64,000 bases of DNA from a bacterium (GTDB taxonomy: Bacteria; UBA8248). The notes beneath the pieces are model-generated. The model saw only the letters and a list, made by a program, of their open reading frames with translations. It did not search any database and had not been told where the DNA came from. Position numbers and translations under genes: made by a program. This document shows positions 38,184 to 48,398 of this stretch, piece by piece. The stretch covers positions 3,328,001 through 3,392,000 of the forward strand of contig OZ241875.1 in assembly GCA_965203325.1 (NCBI GenBank). Reading direction: 5' to 3'. Position 1 is the stretch's first letter, and each line of letters begins with the position of its first letter.

Positions 38184-41100
38184 TCAGAACCGCAGGCTGA
38201 GGTCGAGCCCCAGTTCGTGCTCGGGCTCGGACACGGCGCTCTCGCGCCGCTCGCCCGCCAGTTCCACGCGAAGGTCCGCGCCCCGCGCCTCGTACCGCGC
38301 ACCGAGCCTGAGGCGCCGGCTCTCCCCGCCGGCGAGGCCGGCTTCCGCGAACGGCGTCAGCACCCCGCCCGACGCCGTCCCGAACCCGTAGCCGACCTGC
38401 GCGTCGAGCGCGCCGTCGTCGCCCGAAGCCGCCGGGTTCGGCATCTCCTCCGCCCACAGCGCCCGCGCGCCGCCCGTTCCCGCGCCCCAGCGGGGCGCGA
38501 GCGCGAAGAACAGGCCGCGGCCGCCGGCGCCCGGACCGGCGCGCACCGTCAGGCTCACGCCCCGCTCCTCCGCACCCTCCTCGCTGTGCGCCGCGAGCCA
38601 GCGCCCGCGCATCTCCACCGATATCCCGGGCGCCGCGTAGCGCACGCCGCCGGCGAGCTCGAACCCGCTGCCCTCGAGCCCGTCGCCGCCGTCGTGGCGC
38701 ACCGCCGCCTCCAGGAAGGGCTCCAGGCTGCTCTCGCCCGCCAGCGCGAAGCGCCGCGAGGCCTCGAGCCCCGCCCGCAGCCGCCAGCTGTCGGCGGAGA
38801 GCCCGTGGATCGCGTCCGGGCCGTCATCGGTCTCCATCTGCGTGACGCTCGCGTCGGCGCGCACCGCCAGCGCCGCGCCGGCGAGTCCGCCGAGCGCACG
38901 CCTGACCCCCACCGACGCCATCCGCATCGTGAGGTCGCCGGTCTCCGCGTCCGCGTCCCCGGGCTCATGGCGCGCCTCGCCCCAGCCCGCGCCCGCCACC
39001 GCGCGCAGCTCCAGGCCGTCCGCGAGCGTCCAGCGCCCGTAGGGATAGACCGCCGTCAGCGTCGTCTCAAGCCGGCCCCGGCCGGTGAGCGCGCCCCCGG
39101 CGAAGGAATAATCCGCCTCGCCCGTCCCGCGGCTCACCGCGAGGCCCGCCACCCACGGGTCCGAGCGCCCGTCCACGCCCAGCCAGCCCGTGCGCAGCTT
39201 CCCGTCGTAGCGGAGCCCCGTCTCGCCGCCTCCCGCGAACGTCCCGAGATCCCCCCGGCCCCACACCGCCCACTGCGGCCCCGCCGGGCCGGCGTCCTCC
39301 GCCGAGGCGAGACGCACCGAGAAGGCGCTCGCGCCGAACAGGTCGGACGCCGCAAGCGCCCGGCTCTCCGTGCAGCCCAAAGCCGGCACAAGGCCGGCGG
39401 CGGCGTACCGCTCCGGCGCGCAATCGCGCAGCGCGTAGGCCGCGGCGGAACCATCGAGCGACACCGCCTGCCCGGCCAGCGTCACGCCGCTCGCGCCGAT
39501 GTCGGCGAACCTGCCCCCGATGTTGTCCAGCGCGCTCGCCGTCGCCCTTCTCGCCACCGCCGCCAGCGCGCGCCTCACAGCGCCCTCAACCGCCGCGCGC
39601 CGCGGGTCCGCCGCCACCGCGACCACGAAGGTGAGCGCCGCCTCGTCGCCGTCCGCGTCCCGCACCGTCCAGGTGTAGCGCCGCGACCCCTGCGACCGCG
39701 ACGGCGTTCCGGTCAGCCTCCGCGTGGCCCCGTCTAAGCTCAGCCCCGGGGGCGGGGAAGGCGCCAGGCGGTAGGTCAGCGTCCCGTCGCCGCCCGTCGC
39801 CGCCGGAAGCGCCAGCGCCGCGATCGCCGTGCCCGCCGTCCATGACTGGTCCGCGACCGCCGCGTCGCCGAACGACGGCATCAGGTTCTCCTCCACCTCG
39901 ACCGTGAAGGTGAGCGCCGCTTCGTCCCCGTCCGCGTCCCGTACCGTCCAGGTGTAGCGCACCGGCCCCTGCGGGGTGTCCGGCGTGCCGCTCAGCGTGC
40001 GCGCGCCCAGGTCCAGCGCCAGGCCCGAAGGCGGCTCGGGCGTCAGGCGGTAGGTCAGCGTCCCGTCGCCGCCCCTCGCCGCCGGAAGCGTCAGCGCCGT
40101 GATCGCCGTGTTCTGCTTGTACGACTGCGCGGCGACCGCCGCGGACCCGAAGCTCGGCGTCAGGTCCGGCGCGCCGCCACCGCCTCCGCCCCCGCCTACA
40201 TTGCCGCCACCTCCGCCTACATTGCCGCCCCCGCCGCCGCGGTCGTCGTCCCGGATCGTAATCTGCACAGAACGCGGGCTGCCCGCCGTCACCTCAGACG
40301 GCAGCGTCCCCAGCGCCACCGTGAACGTCTCGTCGTCGGTGTCGCTGTCCTGCGCCGTGGTGATGGTCCCCGTTCCGTTGGTCGCGCCCGAGGCGATCGT
40401 GATGCCCGTCAGCGTCCCGTGGTCCTCGGGCTCGGCCGTGCCGTCGGTGATCGTCAGCGGTATCGTCACGCTGTTCGACAGCGCCGCCGACAGCGTCGCC
40501 GTCACGGTCACGCTCGATCCCTCCGCCACCGTCGGCGAGGCCGACAGCGTCACCGTGGGCGTGGTCGTGTCCAGCGTCGCCACGGCCCCCTCGGTCGTGC
40601 CCGTCGCGTGCGCCCAGAAGCCCTTGCCGCTCGCGTTCTCCGCGCGCACCCGCACCCGGTAGGTCGTGCCGTCGTCGAGGCCCGTGATCGCCTGCGAGGC
40701 CGCCGTGCCGCTGCGGCTCACCGCCACCCATTCCGTCGCCACGTTCGTGCCCACGGCCGCGCCGGCGGCGACCGTGTTCGATGCGGTATAGTGCACGTCG
40801 TAGCCCGTCAGCGTCCCCGAGGGCGCCGTCCAGGCGAGGTCCAGCCTGCCGTCGCCGGGCGTCACCGTCAGGCCCGCCGGCGCGGCCGGCGCGTTCTGCG
40901 CATGCCGCGTGACGGTGACCGTCCAGGTCGTGTTGGCCCCCTGCCCCAGCGTCGACGACGCCACCACCTCGATGGCGTTCGCGCCGGCGTCCAGCGCGAT
41001 CGCCCCGCTCGTGTCGCCGCTTGTCAGCGACACCGCGGCGGCGCCCCGCTTGCCCACCGACAGCACGTACCCCCCCAGCACGCCGACCGTCGGCCTCGCC

Positions 41101-43271
41101 TTCACGTGCGTCACCGCGTGCGGCACCGCCGCCGTGTAGTCCGTCACGCGCGGCGAGAAGCCCGGGCTCAGCGCCAGCGCGTCGTAGCTCGCATTCTCGC
41201 CCTGCGCCTTGGTGAGCGCCAGGCCCGTCAGCAGCAGGCCCTCCGGCGTGCCCGCGCCCTCCACCCAGGGGCTCACCAGCCTTCCGCCGGCGTTGCTCGC
41301 TCGCACCCGCACCCGGTAGCGCTGCAGGTTCCGGCCCCTGACCGTGTACGAGGTCGCCGTGGCATCGTTGTGGGGCCCGCTCGCGCGCTGGAGCGCCACC
41401 CAGCCCACGGCCTCGTCGACACCGCGCGCGCGGGCGTCCGCCGCGACGGCGGTCGAGGTGGTGTAGTCCACCCAGTAGGCCGTCACCGTCCCCACCGGCG
41501 GCGCCGTCCACGACAGGTCCAGCCTCCCGTCGCCCGGCGTCACCGTCAGGCCGGTCGGCGCCGCGGGCGCCAGCGCGGCCTCCACCGGCGCCGTCCAGAC
41601 GCCCGCGGACATGCCGTCGCGCTTCACCGAGCGGACCCGCACCAGGTAGGTCTCGCCGACGGCCAGGCCCGTGAAGGTGTGGCTCGTGCCCGTCACGTCC
41701 GTGTCGGTGTTCGGCCAGGCCGCGGCCGACTTCAGCTTGCTCTGCACCTCGTAGCGCACCACGTCCACGCCCGCCGGCGCCTTCCAGCGCGCCGTCAGCT
41801 CGCGGTCTCCCGGCCTCAGCGTCAGGCCCGACGGGACGTTCGAGCTCGGCGTGCCGGTGGCGAAGACGTAAGCGCCCTCCGGGCCCGCCGTGCGCAGGCG
41901 CACCCGGTACGCCCTGCCGTTGGTCAGGCCGGTAATCGTGTACGAGGTGTCGGTGTCGTCGACATCAGCAGACACGGCCACCCAGTGCGTGGCCGCGTTC
42001 GAGCCCGAGCTCGCCGCGGCGTCGGCGACCGCGCCGGCGCCCGTCCTCGGCGCCGAGGTGTAGTCCAGCTCGTAGCCCACGAAATCCCCGTCGGGCCGGG
42101 TCCAGGTTACGAGGAGCTGCGCATTGCCCGGCGTGACCGTCAGGTCGGGAAGGCCGAGCGCCTCCGGCGTGCCGGCGCCGAACGCCCAGGCGCCGTCGCC
42201 CCCGGCGCTCGTCGCCCGCACCCGCACCCGGTGGGCGGACCCGCTCGGCAATCTGCCAATCCTGTGCGAGGTCCTCGCGCCGTGACCGTTGCGGGACACC
42301 GCCACCCAGCCAGTCGCGCCGTTGGTGCCGGCCTGCACCGCCGCGTCGTTCGCGACCGTGTCCACGGTCGCCGACGTGTAGTGCACGTCGTAGCCCGTCA
42401 CCGTCCCCGGCGGCGCCGTCCACGACACGTCCAGCCGCGTCGGGCCCGGCGTGACGCGCAGACCCGTCGGCGCGGCCAGCGGCACCGCCGCGCCGTTGAC
42501 GCGGATTTTCATCGACCGACCACTAAATTCGGCGGTCCAGGTCGACGAAGCGGTCGGCGCGGCGGATCCGTTTCGAAAGTAGTTACCTGCGTTGGCGATG
42601 CTCCAGCCGGCGGCCGCTCCGCTGTCTTCCGCATCAGCGGCGTTATGCGTGAGCCTAAAGGTGGTGAGAGTCTCGGCAGTGGTGTAAACGACCACGTGGT
42701 ATTCGGTGCTCGCCGCGAGCGTGGTGCCTGCCGGCGCCGAAAAGGTGGAGGCCCTTGCGCCCGTCGGGAAGCTCGAGGGGACTGTCAGGTCCGCGAGCTT
42801 CGACCCGGGCTTGCCGCTGCTGGATGACCAAAGCTCCGCCTCGATCGTCGCAATCTGCTGCGCGGTCAGGGCGGCGGTAGTGACGTTCGTACGTATCTCG
42901 ATGCTTTCGAGGGTGTAGCCGCCGCCGTTGGCGCCTGTCGTGAAGCCTTGAGCGCGGGCGAATACTCTGGCCGTTTGCGGGTTATCTGCCCCCGTCTGCC
43001 CGATGTTGCTCACGAGCACGTCGGCGGAGGCCGGCGCGGCGGCGAACGGGGAGAGCAAGAACGCGCCGAGCAGCAGCGCGAGGACGGGAAGGAGGAGGGA
43101 GAGGCGGCGGGCGCGGGGGCGCCCGGAGCGCGGCTCAGGCTTGCGCCTGGAACCTGGCCGGGAATGCGGGACGCCGTTCGGGCCGCTCGTGCCGCCCTTT
43201 TCTTCGGATGACGGATGACGGACCATGCCGCCCCCGGTTGCAAGCCTCTCCATGCGATGTCTCATTTTCAT
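38184..43271 (-). CDS. Large autotransporter adhesin (FN3 repeats, cadherin-like, Calx-beta-like, two Ig repeats, beta-barrel)
   Basis: Extended signal peptide; about five LxVTPG..L.WTAP..Y.VRVR repeats; two LP.A.GGDGTLTY.L repeats; C-terminal LDLSLRF. Confidence 0.9.
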   Translation of the reverse strand: MKMRHRMERLATGGGMVRHPSSEEKGGTSGPNGVPHSRPGSRRKPEPRSGRPRARRLSLLLPVLALLLGAFLLSPFAAAPASADVLVSNIGQTGADNPQTARVFARAQGFTTGANGGGYTLESIEIRTNVTTAALTAQQIATIEAELWSSSSGKPGSKLADLTVPSSFPTGARASTFSAPAGTTLAASTEYHVVVYTTAETLTTFRLTHNAADAEDSGAAAGWSIANAGNYFRNGSAAPTASSTWTAEFSGRSMKIRVNGAAVPLAAPTGLRVTPGPTRLDVSWTAPPGTVTGYDVHYTSATVDTVANDAAVQAGTNGATGWVAVSRNGHGARTSHRIGRLPSGSAHRVRVRATSAGGDGAWAFGAGTPEALGLPDLTVTPGNAQLLVTWTRPDGDFVGYELDYTSAPRTGAGAVADAAASSGSNAATHWVAVSADVDDTDTSYTITGLTNGRAYRVRLRTAGPEGAYVFATGTPSSNVPSGLTLRPGDRELTARWKAPAGVDVVRYEVQSKLKSAAAWPNTDTDVTGTSHTFTGLAVGETYLVRVRSVKRDGMSAGVWTAPVEAALAPAAPTGLTVTPGDGRLDLSWTAPPVGTVTAYWVDYTTSTAVAADARARGVDEAVGWVALQRASGPHNDATATSYTVRGRNLQRYRVRVRASNAGGRLVSPWVEGAGTPEGLLLTGLALTKAQGENASYDALALSPGFSPRVTDYTAAVPHAVTHVKARPTVGVLGGYVLSVGKRGAAAVSLTSGDTSGAIALDAGANAIEVVASSTLGQGANTTWTVTVTRHAQNAPAAPAGLTVTPGDGRLDLAWTAPSGTLTGYDVHYTASNTVAAGAAVGTNVATEWVAVSRSGTAASQAITGLDDGTTYRVRVRAENASGKGFWAHATGTTEGAVATLDTTTPTVTLSASPTVAEGSSVTVTATLSAALSNSVTIPLTITDGTAEPEDHGTLTGITIASGATNGTGTITTAQDSDTDDETFTVALGTLPSEVTAGSPRSVQITIRDDDRGGGGGNVGGGGGNVGGGGGGGGAPDLTPSFGSAAVAAQSYKQNTAITALTLPAARGGDGTLTYRLTPEPPSGLALDLGARTLSGTPDTPQGPVRYTWTVRDADGDEAALTFTVEVEENLMPSFGDAAVADQSWTAGTAIAALALPAATGGDGTLTYRLAPSPPPGLSLDGATRRLTGTPSRSQGSRRYTWTVRDADGDEAALTFVVAVAADPRRAAVEGAVRRALAAVARRATASALDNIGGRFADIGASGVTLAGQAVSLDGSAAAYALRDCAPERYAAAGLVPALGCTESRALAASDLFGASAFSVRLASAEDAGPAGPQWAVWGRGDLGTFAGGGETGLRYDGKLRTGWLGVDGRSDPWVAGLAVSRGTGEADYSFAGGALTGRGRLETTLTAVYPYGRWTLADGLELRAVAGAGWGEARHEPGDADAETGDLTMRMASVGVRRALGGLAGAALAVRADASVTQMETDDGPDAIHGLSADSWRLRAGLEASRRFALAGESSLEPFLEAAVRHDGGDGLEGSGFELAGGVRYAAPGISVEMRGRWLAAHSEEGAEERGVSLTVRAGPGAGGRGLFFALAPRWGAGTGGARALWAEEMPNPAASGDDGALDAQVGYGFGTASGGVLTPFAEAGLAGGESRRLRLGARYEARGADLRVELAGERRESAVSEPEHELGLDLSLRF

Positions 43272-43692
43272 TTTCCGGGTCCTTCCCTCTGGTGGAATCC
43301 TCAGAGCCGAACAAAGATGCGAATCCGCCTGATATTCGCCATGCTTCCGCCGGGGACCGCCCGGCGGACGTGCCGGGCGACCCCCTGGAGGAAACCGCTA
43401 CTGCCGGTTCGCCGTATCCCGGGCAGCTCGAAATACGGTAGACTTGCGGACTCGCAGTCCGGGCCGGTGGTTCCGCGAGACAAGAATCCCTGCGGTATGC
43501 GCCCACCTCGAACCCGGGCTGGTGTCCGCTAATTGCCGTTATTGGCCCCCAGAAGCCTTGTTTTCCGCCGAAAAACCCGTTTCGGGGGGCATTCGGGCCG
43601 CAAATGAGCGAAAGGTGAGCGAAAAAAGGCGCAAAACGGCGCCCGAAACCCCTCCGGGGACCCCGGAATTGCGCTTGACATGGCCGTGAGAG

Positions 43693-44040
43693 GTGTTAAA
43701 TTTTCCGATAATGGCAATTATCGGACTCCAGAAACCCGCCGTTTCGCCGGTATTCCCCTGCGAAACGGCTTTTTTTGTGGAAATTCCCCGTCGTCGTCCA
43801 TACTTGGCAATCGAGGAGGCGCTCGGGCGGCCTCAAGCAATGGAAACGGCCGCCGACCTGGAAGGGTGGTTTCTCGGCATGACGACGGGGGCAAGACCAT
43901 CCGACCCGACGCTCAGGGGATTCGAGCGCTCGGGAAACCCCGAGACCGACGCCGGGATAGCGGCGTACCTGGGGGATCTCTACGAGGGGGGGCACTCGGC
44001 GGCCGTGGCCGCAATGGCGAGCCTGCGCTACGGGCGGTGA
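43693..44040 (+). pseudogene. Possible tyrosine recombinase N-terminal remnant
   Basis: DAGIAAYLGDLYEGGHSAA resembles an integrase core-binding helix; no catalytic domain follows. Confidence 0.35.
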
Positions 44041-44128
44041 GGTTCGCCCGGCGCTTCGTCGTGAGCATGTCCTTCGCTCCGGGCAGGTCCGCCGCGTGCA
44101 GGACGCCCGTCTTCTCCCGAATATCTCT

Positions 44129-44848
44129 CTACCGCCTCTTCCTCATCCGGGCGGCTCTCTCCTCGGACGTGGAGGTCCACCTCCGCGCGGAGGCCCACTT
44201 CTCGAGGTCTTCGAGCAGGTAGCGCACCCGGTATCCGATGCGAAGAAAATCAGGCCCCTCTCCGCTCACGCGGTAGCGCTCGAGCGTCTTGGGCGAGAGG
44301 CCGAGCCAGGCGGCCGCCTCCCGCGTGTCCAGGTGGTTCTCCTCCGCGCGCTCATCGGCGTCTCCCGCGGCGCCGGGTTCCCCGGCGGCGTCCCACGTCC
44401 CGTCGAACGGGTCGGGCAAGTCCGCGAGCCTCTCGCGTATGGCGCGGACCTCTTCTCCCGTCGCGTTGGCCGCCATCCAGGCGCGCACCCGGTCGAAGGT
44501 CTTGAGATACGGCGAGGCGCCCCGGCGCAGCCTCCCCACGAAGGAGGGATTCCCCACGGCCTCCTCGCCCAGGATCGAGACCTTGGTCCCGCTCACCGCG
44601 AGAAACGCCTCGACCTCGGCCCGCAGGAGCGGTCCCAGGGGCGGATACCCCATGAACGCCAGCACCCGGTCCGCCGTGTCGACCCGCAGGGGCCGCCCCC
44701 GGGCGTGCAGTCCCACGAAGCCGGGAACCCCCAGCGCGCCCACCCCGAAGCGCCTCGCGCTCATCCCGCGGCGCGCGCGCCAGAGCGCAATGCTCCGGCG
44801 CAGCCGCTCGTCCAGCGGGGTGCCGGTATCGTCGTCGAACGCGGTCAT
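44129..44848 (-). CDS. Excisionase/AlpA-like HTH_17 protein with two tandem N-terminal HTH-like repeats
   Basis: HLDTREAAAWLGLSPKTLERYRVSGEGPDFLRIGYRVRY; repeats G..ALG.PGFV..DRVLAFM and G..AVGNPSFV..DRVRAWM. Confidence 0.8.
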   Translation of the reverse strand: MTAFDDDTGTPLDERLRRSIALWRARRGMSARRFGVGALGVPGFVGLHARGRPLRVDTADRVLAFMGYPPLGPLLRAEVEAFLAVSGTKVSILGEEAVGNPSFVGRLRRGASPYLKTFDRVRAWMAANATGEEVRAIRERLADLPDPFDGTWDAAGEPGAAGDADERAEENHLDTREAAAWLGLSPKTLERYRVSGEGPDFLRIGYRVRYLLEDLEKWASARRWTSTSEERAARMRKRR

Positions 44849-45323
44849 GGCGCGCGAACATAAGGAAAGAACGAGCGCCCGTTCAATCGTTGTTTCTAGC
44901 GCGGAAGGTACACCCGGGAAGAGTCCGCGACCGCTCCCGCGAGCGGGTCGCTCATCGGTTCAGCCTGAAATCACGGGGTTTCCCGGAAAACGAGGGTCGC
45001 CGGAGAACGTGCAGCGAGGCGCTGCGGAAAAAAAGGAAGGACGCCGCCTCCCGGGCGAGAGCTCGAAAGCCTCTTTCGTTCACGCCGCGGCGCCCGGCGA
45101 GTTGCATCTCGACCGGAGAAGCCCCTGCTGCGGCAAGGCGCTGCGCGCTGCCCGTGCGCAGGTCGAAACGGCGCCGATTCCCTTGTTTCATTCGTTTCTA
45201 TCGTATCGTATGCTGATGTTCCGGGTCGTCCGCCAAATACAATACGGCCAAGCCGAAATAGGCGGACATTCCTTCGTGGATTGTATGCCAACGGCCCGGA
45301 TTCTGGAGGGCATATAAAATATT

Positions 45324-45366
45324 CGGCCGGGTAGGCGGGGCGCAGCAATGCCTCCGCCTACCCGGC
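45324..45366. repeat. Strong hairpin (REP/terminator-like)
   Basis: GGCCGGGTAGGCGG ... CCGCCTACCCGGCC perfect 14-bp stem. Confidence 0.6.
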
Positions 45367-45723
45367 CCACGGATACCCGACACGGATTCGCCGGAGTGCG
45401 CGGCAGTTTTAGTCAATCCGCTTTCGTTTTGATTACATAGCTGAAAATGCAGATTTGAGAAAGATTCGAAAAAATAAATATATATAATGTTATCAATAGG
45501 TTACAATAATTTAACGGACGATGAAAATTGCTTGAATATCAAAAGGGGGGGTAGGGGGGGTTGCCTTTCAGGTCAAGGGGGGAGTGAATCCCTTCTCTAC
45601 TCGGTCGCGATTGACCCCCGAAGCGCGCCGGCCCGCAACGCTTGGGACGGCTCGGCATTCCGCGGGCGGTGTACTAGAATGGGCGGACGCCACCTCTTTA
45701 TATACCTCTCTGATGGAGACGAC

Positions 45724-47430
45724 ATGTCCGTTCGCGAATCCGTAGACGCCGATTCCCTGTGGAAAAACCTGGAAGACCTCTGCCGCTGGGAGCGCTACAC
45801 CGGCACCGAGGGCGAGAACGAGGCCGTGCGCTACGTCGAGGCGGAACTCACCGCGCTCGGGATAGACGTGGCCGTCCACGCGTTCGATTCCCTCATCAGC
45901 ATCCCCGGCGAGACGACGCTCGAAGTGCCCGGAGAAGGGGGCGGGACGATCCGCGCCATCAGCGCGGTGTTCGGCGCATCCACGGGAGCGGCGGGCGTGC
46001 GCGGCCAGGCGGTCCATGTCGGCGAAGCCGGCCCGCCCGACACGCCGTTCACCGATCCTCTCTATACGGGCGCAACCGGCGAGGCCCCCGTGGCGGGGCG
46101 CGTCGTCGTGGCCGAGGGGATGGTGAGCCCCGGCCGGTTTTATTATTTCGAGCGGCGCGGCGCGGTCGCGCAGGTCTACGTCAACCACGGCAACGCGCAC
46201 GAGCTGACCGTCTCCACCATCTGGGGTGCGCCGACGCCCGAGAGCATCGCGCGGCTGCCCGGGACGCCCGTCGTCACCCTCTCGCGCGGGCAGGGCGCTG
46301 CGCTTCTGGAGCGGTTAAAGAGGAGGGAGGAGGTCGAGCTGCTCATCCGCGTGGAGATGGACACCGCCTGGCGGGAGACCCTGATGCCGGTCGCCACCAT
46401 CGCGCCCGGTAGCGGGGCCGGGGATTACGTCCTCGTCGGCGGGCACATCGACTCCTGGCACATCGGTGCGAACGACAACGCGGCGGGCGACGCGACCCTG
46501 ATGGAGCTTGCGCGCGTCGCGCACGGGAGGCGGGGCGAGCTTGCGCGCGGCCTTAAACTAGCCTGGTGGAACGGGCACTCGCACGGGCGCTTCTCGGGCT
46601 CCACCTGGTACGCGGACCACATGTTTCACGAGCTGCGCCGGAACTGCGTCGCGTACTTGAACATCGACCAGCCCGGCTGCGTGGGTGCCACGCTCTACCG
46701 CCCGTTCTGCACGGCGGACGTGCGCGACTGGGTGCGGGACGCCCTCGCGCGTCTGGGGGGTCAGGATACCGAGCCGGATCACCCCCGCAAGATGGCCGAC
46801 CAGTCGATGTGGGGGGTGGGCGTGCCCTCGTTCTCCTTCCTGCCCGTCCTCCCGCCCGGCCACCCCGACTTGCGGAAGGATCACCCCGGCGACGGCTTCC
46901 CGGAGTACTGGCACCACCCCGCCGACACGCTGGACAAGATGGACAAGGACCTCCTCGCCGAGCACTGCCGCCTCTATGCGGACGCGCTCCACGAACTCTG
47001 CGCGCTCGAGCGCGCCCCGCTCAACCCCGCCGCGACGGCCGCCGTCGTGAATGAGGAGATAGAGCGGCTGGAATCGCTCGCAGGCGAAGCCGTGGACCTG
47101 GGCGATCTGAAAGAGGCGGGGGCGCGCTTCGCCCGCGCGTGCGCGGCGCTTGATGCGAAGCTGGATGGCATGGACGCCGCGGCCGCCAACCGCGCGCTGC
47201 TCGACATGAGCCACGCGGTCAATCCCGTGCTCTACACGCTGGCGGGGCCGTTCGACCACGACCCGGCGAGCGGCGCGTTCCGGATGCCGGGGCTTCAGTG
47301 CATCGCCCACTACGCCGAACGCGGGCCTGCGAGCGATGCGGGCAAGGTCATCTACACGCGCGTCCTGCGCGAGAAGAACCGCGTCGTCGCCGGCCTCGCC
47401 GCCGCCAGCGCCATCGCGGAGGGGGTATAG
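45724..47430 (+). CDS. M28 family peptidase with PA domain
   Basis: GGHIDSW..GANDNAAG, YLNIDQ, WHHPADT; GGAG RBS. Confidence 0.9.
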   Translation: MSVRESVDADSLWKNLEDLCRWERYTGTEGENEAVRYVEAELTALGIDVAVHAFDSLISIPGETTLEVPGEGGGTIRAISAVFGASTGAAGVRGQAVHVGEAGPPDTPFTDPLYTGATGEAPVAGRVVVAEGMVSPGRFYYFERRGAVAQVYVNHGNAHELTVSTIWGAPTPESIARLPGTPVVTLSRGQGAALLERLKRREEVELLIRVEMDTAWRETLMPVATIAPGSGAGDYVLVGGHIDSWHIGANDNAAGDATLMELARVAHGRRGELARGLKLAWWNGHSHGRFSGSTWYADHMFHELRRNCVAYLNIDQPGCVGATLYRPFCTADVRDWVRDALARLGGQDTEPDHPRKMADQSMWGVGVPSFSFLPVLPPGHPDLRKDHPGDGFPEYWHHPADTLDKMDKDLLAEHCRLYADALHELCALERAPLNPAATAAVVNEEIERLESLAGEAVDLGDLKEAGARFARACAALDAKLDGMDAAAANRALLDMSHAVNPVLYTLAGPFDHDPASGAFRMPGLQCIAHYAERGPASDAGKVIYTRVLREKNRVVAGLAAASAIAEGV

Positions 47431-47444
47431 ATTCCCGCGCCTTC

Positions 47445-47760
47445 GGGGGTATTGAAAAAAGCCCGAGGAGAGAGGAATCAACTCCCCCCTTGAGGGGGAG
47501 TCACAGAGGCCGAGTCCTCTGGACGAAGGCCGATGTGGTGGGGGGACATGTCACAGAAAAACTCCCCCCACCGATTCGCTTGCGGGCTTACGCCCTTACC
47601 TCATCGACTCCCCCTCAAGGGGGGAGTTGATTGTTCTTCTCCTTGGTCGGGGCATTGCTCTTTCATGCCCCCCTGTTAAGGGGGGGTAGGGGGGGTTGGT
47701 TTTTCGGTCGAGCGGGGCGTCCCCTCCATCCCCGAAAAGGGGACTTCTTCAACAACCCCC
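47445..47760. mobile_element. MITE-like element carrying REP-like palindromes
   Basis: Ends GGGGGTATTGAAAAA and TTCTTCAACAACCCCC; interior ACTCCCCCTTGAGGGGGAGT...ACTCCCCCTCAAGGGGG shared with 51603-51851. Confidence 0.65.
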
Positions 47761-48336
47761 TCACGCAAGGTCCGCGAAAGGCCCCGGGTCCGCATCCAGT
47801 CCCAGATAGCTCGTCCGTATGTGGTTCCACAGGGCGAGCTTTCCCCAGTCGGGGGATTCGAGGACGCGGTAGCGCGCGTCGAAATAGGGGTTGGGGAGGT
47901 AGAAGGTCGTCATCTGCTCGTCGCGCCCGTTCATGAGCGCGAGTGAGTAGCTCACCGGCGCGTGGCCCGCGACGGGGGGGTTCTGGTAGATGCGGAGCAG
48001 CGTCGCCCGCGCGCACCTGCGCCACCGCGCCAGCTCGGGCGGGCAGGGGTGCCGCGCGTCGCCTAGGTGTTCGCCGATGCACAGGTGGAAGTGCCAGTCG
48101 CCGAGGTCGACGGTGAGGTAGCCGTCCAGGTAGCTGATCTTGCGCGGCGGGGCCTTCACGCGGCACTCGAATACGGCCCCCTGGATGCAGGGGCCGAAGA
48201 CGAGCGATTCGTAGTGGTTCTCGAACAGGTCGCGCAGGAGGGTTTCCAGGAGTTCGCGCGTGGGCCGGAACTCCCAGACGGATTGACTGCTCCCGTCCGC
48301 GCCTGTCTCTTCGCGGTACTCCACGTCCGCCTTCAT
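47761..48336 (-). CDS. Hypothetical protein, possibly ChuX/HutX-like fold, last gene of the btu operon
   Basis: FGPCIQGAVFE..DGYLTV..WHFHLCIGEH..FYLPNPY. Confidence 0.6.
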   Translation of the reverse strand: MKADVEYREETGADGSSQSVWEFRPTRELLETLLRDLFENHYESLVFGPCIQGAVFECRVKAPPRKISYLDGYLTVDLGDWHFHLCIGEHLGDARHPCPPELARWRRCARATLLRIYQNPPVAGHAPVSYSLALMNGRDEQMTTFYLPNPYFDARYRVLESPDWGKLALWNHIRTSYLGLDADPGPFADLA

Positions 48337-48398
48337 GCCGCTACCCCGTTTGCGAACCGCGCCGCCCCTGTGGCGAGGGCCGGGCGGCTCTCGAAGCG

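Noticed and set aside
38007..42827. Long plus-strand ORFs (576 aa and 802 aa)
   Set aside because: Arg/Ala/Pro-rich antisense frames of the autotransporter
45190..45720. tRNA or tmRNA integration site at the island edge
   Set aside because: No cloverleaf, T-loop or CCA pattern found
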